Assembly (NCBI GenBank): GCA_010093705.1
Contig: MU006092.1
Coordinates: 750,623-814,622, forward strand
Direction of reading: 5' to 3'
Source: Patellaria atrata CBS 101060
Lineage: Eukaryota
DNA: 64,000 nt
Shown one piece after another: positions 54,592 to 64,000 of this stretch. Position 1 is the first letter of the stretch, and each line of letters opens with the position of its first letter. A model generated the notes under the pieces. It was not told the DNA's origin. It saw only the letters and a program-made list of their open reading frames with translations, and searched no databases. The position numbers and the translations under genes were made by a program.

Positions 54592-56157
54592 ATGGCACCC
54601 TCCAAACGGAAGAGGGCCCCAACCTTGACATCACATAACCCTTCTATAGAAGTCGCTCAACCTTCGTCGCGCGATGCATCAGATGAGGGCGTTGAAGATC
54701 CCGTCCTTCAAGAAGTTAGTAGCCTCAAACACAAGCAGTCAGCTACGTCAGATCCCCCTTCTAAACGTACACGATCGAATACTAGCGAAAATGGCGCCGA
54801 TGAATCAGAGGATAGCAGTGATGAAGTGTCTGGCAGCCGACCAAAATCAAGGTCTGCAAAGAGAGGTACCCGCACCTCCATTAGCAAAACAGAGCAAGAG
54901 AAGATTGATGATATTATCGAGCACGGGGAAGGGGGTGAAAGGGGCACAATGGGTATGGAAGCTCCACCAAAAGCAGGATTGGTAGACCCAGTCGGCTACA
55001 AGACGAATCCTCCTCCTACCGGGCGGCCAGTCCGTATATACGCTGACGGCGTATTTGATCTCTTCCATCTTGGGTATGTTACCGTTCTTTACAATTTTCT
55101 GAACGGTCCCTTACACGTGTAGTCATATGCGACAACTTCAACAGGCAAAAACGGCCTTTCCCGATGTGTGGTTAATGGTTGGTGTAACGGGCGATAAAGA
55201 AACGCATAGGAGAAAAGGTTTAACTGTCCTTTCCGGAAAGGAACGGGCTGAGAGCGTGCGCCACTGTAAGTGGGTTGACGAGGTAATCGAGGACTGCCCC
55301 TGGATCATTGCCGATGCTACGGAATTCATCGAAAAGCATAAAATCGACTACATCGCCCATGACGATATCCCATATGGCGCTGATGAGGGGGATGATATCT
55401 ATGCACCTATCAAAGCCGCTGGTAAATTTCTAGTCACACAGAGGACTGAGGGTGTTAGTACTACGGGAATTATCACTAAGTATGCAATTCTGCTTGTACT
55501 GTTTTCAATGCTAATTAGGCCCAAGAATTGTGAAAGACTACGATAAGTACATATCACGGCAGCTCAAGCGCGGAACATCACGGCAGGAACTTAATGTGTC
55601 TTGGCTTAAGAAGAATGAGCTAGAACTGAAGCGCAATATGGCAGAGCTTCGTGATAGTATTCGACATAATTGGACTACGACGGGCCAAGAGCTCGGAAAA
55701 GAGCTACGTCAATTCTGGCAGCCCAGTAGACCCGCAAGCCCAGCTAGAACGCCGACACATGAGAGATTAGAGCCCGATCTTAATATCTCTCCAAAGTTCT
55801 CAGGTCTTACTTCGCCATCAGCATTAGCTCACTTGAGTCACCTAGAAGTCCCAAGCACATCGAACATAACCAGGTCATCCGATTTTGCCGCTGGATACAG
55901 TCTCGGATTGATTGGAGGTGTTAGGTCCTGGGTAATTATTATACAGTTCATACGAGATGCTTCTGGAATTGCTAACTTCTACACAGATGGCTCGTAGTCG
56001 CCGGAATCTGAATGACAGTCGTCCAGACAGCCCTACAAGTAGCGGAGACAGTTCGGACGAAAAGAGCCCGAATGAACAATCAAGAGGTCGACGAGGCAAG
56101 CAAGTACGAGATGATGCAAATTTTCAGGATGCGGATGAGGCCAGTGTCAAATCATAA
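54592..56157 (+). CDS. PCT1: Choline-phosphate cytidylyltransferase
   Basis: [69 protein letters not shown]. Introns at about 55074-55122, 55480-55525 and 55932-55986; likely 5'UTR intron at about 54522-54578. Confidence 0.96.
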
Positions 56158-56976
56158 TGGGCTCGGTTGCTAGTACTCTATTGGTCTTCACTCGCCTATC
56201 CGGTAGCCTCACATCTCAAATGTCAGCGTCGCCTATTAACACAACCTATCCGCCCACTCTGAGTCTCTTCACTTACGATAGATTGAGCTAGCAAGCAATC
56301 AGGCGAACGGAGAATGCGGTTTTTTTTCCCTCTGCTTTTTAATACGCCCATCGCGTAAGTTTACAAGCAAACCGATTGTCTAGTATGAACCGACTTGCTT
56401 TACCATTGCTTCATCTCTTTGCAGCCACGGATTCGTCTTTGACAACAACGTCAGACCGGTGCATATACGTAGATGACAGCATGAACATACCGTTACCTCG
56501 GCGGGAAGTGTCATTTAACGAACGATCTGGGTTGGAGGTCTTCCGGGACGTGTTCTATCCCACTAGCAGTCTTACGTTTTACAAGTGCTCCATCTATTCT
56601 GTTAACTTCGAACATGAATCTTTATAAATCTTCTATATCTTCTATCTACGAGTTTGACGTTGTTGCCTTCGGTTTTCTCTGCGTTGTGTACTTGTACAGC
56701 AAATTATGACAATGTAGGGTTGCGCAAATAGTTTGATACTGGTATAAACTTGATTTTCTCTCATATATCAGTCAAGTCTTTTTCTCGCTAGTTGCTTTTC
56801 CATAATTTCTACCTTGAAGCCCCCAGCTCATTGAACGATATTCAATGACCCACTGTTCGTATTGATACCATAGGCAAAAAGACCCAAAGACAAAAAACGC
56901 GCATTGACCCCAGCACTCTACACAAATCCTCCAGTATAGTCTACCTATCATAGAGCACAAGTCCAGCGGGTCAGAT

Positions 56977-57234
56977 ATGTGCCAGTTAATTTATGAGCAG
57001 CCCTCCTGCTCATGCCCCCCGTATCCCGCTTTCCCGTTCAGAAAAGCTTGTCGTGCAGCACAGCTGAGGTATCCTCAACGGTGTTGTTTACAGGGGCTGG
57101 GACCGCCGATTTGGAGATATACAAATAGGAAATGCGGCATGTGTGAGGATTTACACAGGGAGTACTTGCAGATTCAAAGATGGGGACGGGTGGTTGCGCC
57201 ACTAGGGCAGAGGGCGAGGAGAAGGATGTGGTAG
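56977..57234 (+). CDS. Small Cys-rich non-secreted protein (85 aa)
   Basis: MCxxxY..CSC....C...CC...CGMC spacing; no signal peptide; basic C-terminus. Confidence 0.5.
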   Translation: MCQLIYEQPSCSCPPYPAFPFRKACRAAQLRYPQRCCLQGLGPPIWRYTNRKCGMCEDLHREYLQIQRWGRVVAPLGQRARRRMW

Positions 57235-59911
57235 GGATGGAAGGTGAATTATGAGGAACCTTTCATGGTCACTGTACCTCTGCTATACTATGTCTACTGG
57301 AGCACTGTCAATTCAGGGCCACTACGAGAACTCCACAGGCTGTACAGTAAAGTCGGAGCTCTTCTTGATCGGAGCGTACAGTGAACCAAGAGTCTCCTGA
57401 CGACATAGGGAAGATATGGAGGGTAGACGGAGATTGCAAACCTGCTATTTATGTTTTGGGAGCACGCTCTAGTGATAGTGAACACATTTGCACTTTCCTC
57501 TGTCGGTATTTCTGGCAATTTGACGGGATTCATAGTCATTATCGATCAGATATAGCAAGAGCTCGGTACCTTAGCTAGCTTCGCAAACTCATACCCGCAC
57601 CAACCTTAGGTAACGTTGATATTGGCACGTATATATCATCTTTAAGTGAGGTTGAAAGATGCTTTTGATTTCAAGATCGCTGTGGCCGATCACTTCCCAC
57701 GCCATTCTTCACTTGTCTTTTTTGCCTTTTCCGTCAAGGCATTAGTTGAGCCCGACAGGCATTAGAATTGCCATTTTGGGATTTCATGGTTGGGCTTCAA
57801 GGACTTGGTTTGAATTTTAAGGCACGGTCATCTACTGGACAGACTCAAACGATTTTCCTACGATTCTCACGAATCATGCTCGAAGAATAATCCTTATGAA
57901 CTATTTAGCGACTTCCTTTCGTCCATATTGGCCATCGTACCTACCTTGATCTTAGTGATAAGGTACTTTAATCCTGAGTTCAATAGGTCGCCCTTTCCAA
58001 ATTTCTTCGCCTCGTTGCCTTCTCATTTAGAGTCAACGGCAGCCTAGCTCATCATGCTCATCCATAGCACCTTCTTAAGATAAACTTATATCTAATCCCT
58101 CCATCCACACATACCCCGACCTTTTGACAAATCCATAAGATCGGTGCAAAATCTCCTGCTGATCTCTTCTGTTTCCTCTTGAGATTCATGGCCTCACTTT
58201 AACAGATCAAACTCGTTGGTTTTCACGGCTTCCTGTGTCTCCATCTTTCCAACACCGGTCTCTTTCACCATCGTTCAAAGTAACAACTTATGTGATTCAC
58301 GACAGGTGGTCCTGCTGTCACTCATTTCACTGACGCACAACACTGGCAGGCTTCACAGTAACAAAGACTCCTATCCAACGGACAAATCACTCGCGCCGAC
58401 GTACGAAGACCAGTGGTTACTCTGAAGCAAGCAATGGCAATGGAACGGTCTGACTGTGCTGTCGCAAGCAAGCTACCAGTGAGTCTGAATTCCATGGATC
58501 AAGGCGTTGTGCATCACTGCTACGACTTTTGACTGGACGGACTCCTCTGCTCTCGTAGCTCTCAATGTCTCCTTCCGCCACTGGTGACTATGTTGGAGAC
58601 GTGGAAACTGGACTACCTTCTTGATTTCACCATTTTTGCAGCAACTCAATGGCGAGAGTCTCATCCAGGATTGACGAACCTCCCCGTCTGAACGAAAGAG
58701 CACACCTTGGGAGTTCCTGTCCTTTCCTCTCCATCTTTCTAGCCCTCGGTGATGCTGCTACAGGGCAACTCCAAACCCCACTTGCCTCTGCGTCCGGTAT
58801 GACAAGCTGAATGCAGAAGGACCCTGCGCGCCTCAACAAATTCTCAAACCTTTATTCTCCCTAGGAGCAGTCCAAAAAGTGAGGCTGCAACAACACAAAA
58901 CAAGGCGACATGATGAACGTAATGCAGATGAGCAATGTTGGCTCAAACTCAAGCGGATACTAAGGTCGCCTGTTTCAAATTACCGGAGAGACAAACTCCG
59001 CAATCCTTGACCTCTATCGCTCTACCTTACGGGTTTTATTACCAGCTTCTTGCGAATTAACCATCGTGTTCGCTGTGTAACATTTCGCAGTCACTACGAT
59101 AACCGCTGAAGATATGCCGGTCTGTTATACACGTGTTTGCAGTCACCACCAGTGTATGCCATATCTGATCATTTTTGATGCTATTCCTTGTATGCCACAT
59201 GCTATAGTAAGGCGGTGAGTCTTATCCAATGGATCGTGGCGTAAAAAGTAAAATAAAAAGGGGACTGCGCGTAAGGAAAGAAAAGTACCATCTCAAAGGA
59301 AATTTGACATTATAATTTTCACCACCTGACATATTTCGATGAAAGATTACATTAATACACAACCGTTGCACAGACAGAGGTAATGCGAAATTGACCCATA
59401 CCTCTTTCTCTGCAAACGTCATTCACTCATTCCCAATTTCTACTTTTCTTTTGCGGCTTTTTGGCCTTTGTCTAAAGGCGCTCTTTTCTCAACGCGCCAT
59501 CTTTATCCTCAGCGCTCACTAATCCCTCAGAAAGTCCTCAACTTACGAGGCACTCAAGTAAGGGTGAGCTACTTCTTCAAATATGATGTATTTGCCTTTT
59601 ATTTCTGGCCGAGTCGGCATAAGTTACGCAAAAGCGGGCGTATGCATCTCTACATTTATCTGTTAGCAAACTTCCTTTTGTAGTCGAAGAAAGACACGTC
59701 GCTAACTCTTTGATTGTGTCGCGGCTGTCCTGTTATACTGCATGGCTCTTTGCTATTGCTAATATGTCAAGTCTCATCATTTAGGCAAATTACCGTATAC
59801 CTATCTTCATGGGTCCTCGTGTATATCCTATTACCTCTGCACACAGTCTACCGTACCATCTCCACACACCGTATTCAGCCGGGCCATCATTGTCCGATCG
59901 CGGACTGACCG

Positions 59912-62257
59912 ATGAGCGTTCCTGGAGGAAATCTACGCACGCGCAAGGTCATATATAGAAGAAAAATGACAGCACGAGCTCCGGCTCCGCCAGATGTAAC
60001 GCAGAAGGAGAGTGAGAAATATTCTCCGAACGACACCTCCTCCTTCGTTCATTTATCAAACTCCAATAGCGTCGCGATTAAGAGTGAAGAAAACGAGGGT
60101 GTTGCAAGGAGACAGAACTTGAAAGCTTGCCAGGAGAAAAATGACGTCCCACAGACATGTAACGCGCATATGGGCCGGACAAATGCGCTGGCAACAGTTT
60201 GCTGCGCAACAAGTAATGAAGTAGCGGAGACTCAGATCTCTTCGCCAATCCTCAACTACTCTCCCAATATGGACACTGATTTTTCAAGAGAACTGGAAGT
60301 CTTGATAGCTCAAAACCTAGGCCCGTCCTATGCGAAATGTTTTGCAAAAGCAGATCGGGTGCCTCCAATAACCAGAAATTCGCTGAGTGAGCTAGACATT
60401 GGGGCTATCATCAATAACCCAAAGTTACGCCACGATTTAAATTTTGATAGAGAGCTTCATTTCCGGCCTAACTTGGATGGGGAAAAGGGCAAGGAAAAGA
60501 AGAGAACAGAAGAAAACTGGCTATCGGCGCTTGTAGCTGAAATTGAATTGTTCAGAATACTTGGTGCAGCGGGATATGAAAGCACGCCTTTGTGGAATCA
60601 AATACGCGAAGCCAGCCAACCACGACTACCTAAAATGTTCGATAATGTAAAGGAGATTCTAAAGAACCTTTCTCCGGAAAAGGATCATGCACGTATCGAC
60701 GAACAATTCGACGTACCTCTACTCATGCAGCAGATCGAGAGAGGAATTTGTGACTTGGTAGGTTTCGCCGAATGGCTGGCACATCTTCTCAAGGCACATT
60801 GCGCTCCGATGCGTGATGACTCCGTGGAGGAGATGGTACGCATCACAAGAAAAGGCTCAGAGACCGGGAACGCCAAAGACTTGGTTGCCGGCTTAAAGCA
60901 GCTGTTGGATATCCTGGAAAATATGAAACTGGTAAGCGTAAGCTCCAGGCGGAGTGGGATACTACCCCCAGAGTACTTGACGCCTTGAATAAACTAACGT
61001 TTGGCATAGGATGTCGCAAACCATCAAGTTCGACATCTTCGGGCACTACTAATAGAAGATACGATAAACTTCGAGCAGAAGTATCACCTTCATCGCATTA
61101 GTCGTGGGCGCATCAACGATGAATTCTCCTTGAGCTGGTACCTCCAATCGAAAGACTCACACCTGAAAGAGAACACGGAGTCGGTGGACCGCCCGAATGC
61201 GGTTCCTTCCCCATTTGGAATTTTCATTCATGCTCTTCTCAAATTAGTAACTTCCCCAGATGTGAGCCAAAACTTCCCAGAAACCTTTTCCCTGGACGAC
61301 GAACGTCTCAGGACGCTGCGCGCCGAACTTCATGATGAAGTTTACTTTGAGATTTGTTACGCCGTTTTCAAACAACTTCTGAACGTCATAAAAGAGAATG
61401 GACATAAGCCCCGAGGAGAAATAGAAGCTACTACAAAGCGGACGCTCCGGAGCTCCCTCTTCGCCATTTTAGGGGAATGCACTGATCAAGGAGGCAGGTC
61501 TTGGGCACGTAATACAGAAAACGTCGCCGTTGAACTCGTTCGGCGGGCGTTACTAATCTGCGGTGCATCATACCCGCATCGCAGTGATGCGTTACTTGGG
61601 GAAGTTGAGCAAAGACTACTTCCTGCATTGAGTTCTCCTTTCTCCATCGCCTTTGCGGAGCACGCGGAGGTTCTAGAAGTGGAACTATCTCGAAAGGTAC
61701 ATGATTTGGCCACGGCACAGCTCAGTGCATCTCCAATGGCCCTCTTCAACAATCTCGCCATTCCGTCAGCTCCTCCACCGCCTCCGCCCCCACCAGTCCC
61801 GTCAGCAGTCCGACCGTCTCCATCGACGAAACCACCTCCACCGTCACCCATTCCGCCACCGCCCCCATCTTTCCTGTCTAGCAAAAACCCCGTCGTATAC
61901 ACGCCTAATCTCTCTGGAAGCATGGATCGCCTCACCGAGTTTGCCCGGCGTATTGCCCACATAGCCGTGCTTCACTGGCGAATCTGGGCACCGATGGTTT
62001 ACCTGCGCTCGGAAGAAAAGCCAAAGGAAGAATCTAAAGTTTCAGCCTCCCTTACGACCGCACCGTATGAACGATTGTCTCCCTCGCCATCAGCTGGGGG
62101 AAGCGCTTCTCTCCAATGGGCTAACAGCAGCTCCGAGACAAGCACACCTGCTACACTGACATCTTCATCCTCACCGGAACCAGAAGAATGCGATGGAGCA
62201 CAGCAGTCTGGACACACGAACGCGAAAATTGACTCGCATCGATTACCGGAAGGATGA
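59912..62257 (+). CDS. SOK1: Sok1 / T-complex protein 11 family protein
   Basis: PPITRNSLSELDI.AIINNPKLRHDLNFDRELHFRPNLDGEKGKEK; HCAPMRD; LENMKL then DVANHQ across intron 60932-61009; FPETFSLD.ERL; HIAVLHWRIWAPMVY. Confidence 0.93.
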
Positions 62258-63578
62258 GATCACAAGCATTAAATTCTCGTACGCTTCAGATTGGGGTTTA
62301 TTTCTGTTCTAGCGAGGCTGACTTCAAACATTCATCATGCACACCCAAAGATTTCTCTCACACGGGAGAACTACACTGCACGGTCCACCATGTCTACTGT
62401 ACGGCCAATACGGCTGGAGGCGAGAAAAGAAATTCCGAGAGCGTGGAACATCAGCGTCAAAGACGCCCCGCGCAAAGATATAACGCGGAGCAAACTTCTT
62501 ATCCTACATGCTGACTACCGTTCCTGGAAGATGAGGGCTTAAGGCCCTTACACCTTGTAAACAAAATTCTTTGGGCCGCACTACAATTGGTTCTCTCTCT
62601 CAAAATCTTCCACCGCATCCCCAACGCTGATTTCCTTTGTTTGTTCATCCCTGATGAGTCTCCTCATTTTTGTGATTCTGGATTCCCTATCATTCTGTTC
62701 TGTCGGCATTTTGAGCGATTACAAATTTCCCCATCCAGCAAGGCGTTTCTTGGAGTTCTCTTTTTGCGAGTACGAGGTGTTTGCTTACCATGCTATGTTA
62801 CGCCTTGCTTTTTGCTTTCCGCGGAGAGTACGGCTGTTGTGCCTGTATTGATTTGTTTGCTTTTTAGTCGGTTTACCAGCCTTACTAGTTCCCATATTTT
62901 CGTATTCAACTGAGTTTGCTTGCTCTATGGTTCTTGCATGATATTTAGGTTGATTACCCCTGTTTTGCACTTTTCGGTTTCTGTGGGCTTGGTGCATTAT
63001 TTTGAGGTTCAGCGTTTGGTAGTGTTTTTTTTCTATCTTCCAGAACTGGGCCGAATGAGGAACCAAACTTTTGGGTTTAGGGATTACCATATACCCTCGG
63101 GAGTTCTCGGTTTGTGCCTTTGAGCTAAGTCTAACTAGAGATGAGAGCAATATGCTGAATGATGTTAATATAGACGTAATATTGAATATTTGTGCATTTT
63201 CTACAGCATATCTCCCGACCTTCAGCCTCGCTGTAGGATCACCTACTACCATTGGGACTATGAACCCGTTGAAGTCAGGTTATACGCCTAAAATAATATG
63301 CGGGGATTTCTGTGCAAGGTACTCGGATGGAATGACCCTGGCGTGACGCACAGCGATAGCCTCACTTTCAAGTAAAGACGGAGATGTATCTCCTTCTGGA
63401 CACGGAAGGTTTGAACTGCACTGACCACGTGCAGTCTAATTATCATTCAGCCGCAGGGAGGTGAGCAGCAAGCTCAAGAGATCTAAGCTGAGGGTATTAT
63501 TTCCCTCACCGGGAACCGTTAGTGCCTTTGTTCTTGTGCGGCACCATGTGCCGTGGGATTGGGGGATCAATCCTGAGC

Positions 63579-64000
63579 TCAGTCATGATCTAAAGTCCAG
63601 ACCTTAACTTCACCATCGTCGCCGGTCGTGATGATGACTTCCTCCTCATCATTACGTCTACCTCTGTCGTATCGGCGCGCCCAGTTGACGTGATTGACCT
63701 CGAAGACATCGTGAGCTCCCTCTACTTCTGCGATAATGACCCATTCCGTCGCAGTGCTGATGGATAACTTATCTACATCCATACTTTCTGCTCCTGGGGA
63801 GTGTGATTCTGTAGTCTCTTTTGGTGATTTCCAGCGCTCTTGATACACGAGGATCTTCCCATCGCTACCGGTACTGACGATGAGCCCACTCTTTTTGCTC
63901 CATGAGACGGCATAGATTGCACGGTCATGGGTTTTGGGTAACTGAGCTTCCTCGTACCAGTCCTCTTCGATGCTGTTACTCTTCAATATACTGGGTATAC
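63579..64000 (-). CDS. CIA1: WD40 cytosolic Fe-S assembly protein Cia1, 3' part only
   Basis: LPKTHDRAIYAVSWS..STGSDGKILVY..AHDVFEVNHVNW..TTGDDGEVKVW. Confidence 0.85.
   Translation of the reverse strand, partial: IPSILKSNSIEEDWYEEAQLPKTHDRAIYAVSWSKKSGLIVSTGSDGKILVYQERWKSPKETTESHSPGAESMDVDKLSISTATEWVIIAEVEGAHDVFEVNHVNWARRYDRGRRNDEEEVIITTGDDGEVKVWTLDHD

Noticed and set aside
58903..58971. C/D snoRNA-like layout: AGGCGAC-ATGATGA...CTAAG-GTCGCCT
   Set aside because: Box D reads CTAA rather than CTGA, spacing to the stem is off, and I recognised no rRNA-complementary guide.
62785..63346. ORFs 62785-63252 (-) and 63071-63346 (+)
   Set aside because: No recognisable motif; they overlap probable 3'UTRs of SOK1 and CIA1.

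Overview
Intron-rich, gene-dense DNA from a filamentous ascomycete (Pezizomycotina; the class cannot be fixed from this window). I read about 20 genes with GT-AG introns and CTRAY-type branch points. Conserved genes: GRX5-type glutaredoxin (5' end cut by the window), M13 neprilysin-like peptidase, HEM2, SEC23, SCP2-type thiolase, PRELI/Ups protein, SAR1, ATX1, palA/RIM20, crzA/CRZ1, ABC1/ADCK kinase, FMN alpha-hydroxy-acid oxidase, PP2C (PTC2/3), PCT1, SOK1/Tcp11 and CIA1 (partial). Two accessory stretches interrupt them. The first (about 4.2-9.7 kb) holds fused gene relics. The second (about 40.6-48.6 kb) holds two convergent orphan membrane-protein frames, each broken by one TAG, and a head-to-head pair of decayed paralogues of the HeLo-type/kinase-like family. 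Best leads: (1) a roughly 920-nt ATG-free leader of the calcineurin target crzA containing a TTG-initiated ORF with a PxIxIT-like motif; (2) the kinase-like pair, with TAG at two conserved Trp codons (RIP versus A-to-I rescue); (3) two candidate 45-nt cassette exons inside the long peptidase intron. No tRNA, rRNA, CRISPR array or intact transposon was recognised. All family calls come from motif recognition by eye, not database searches.
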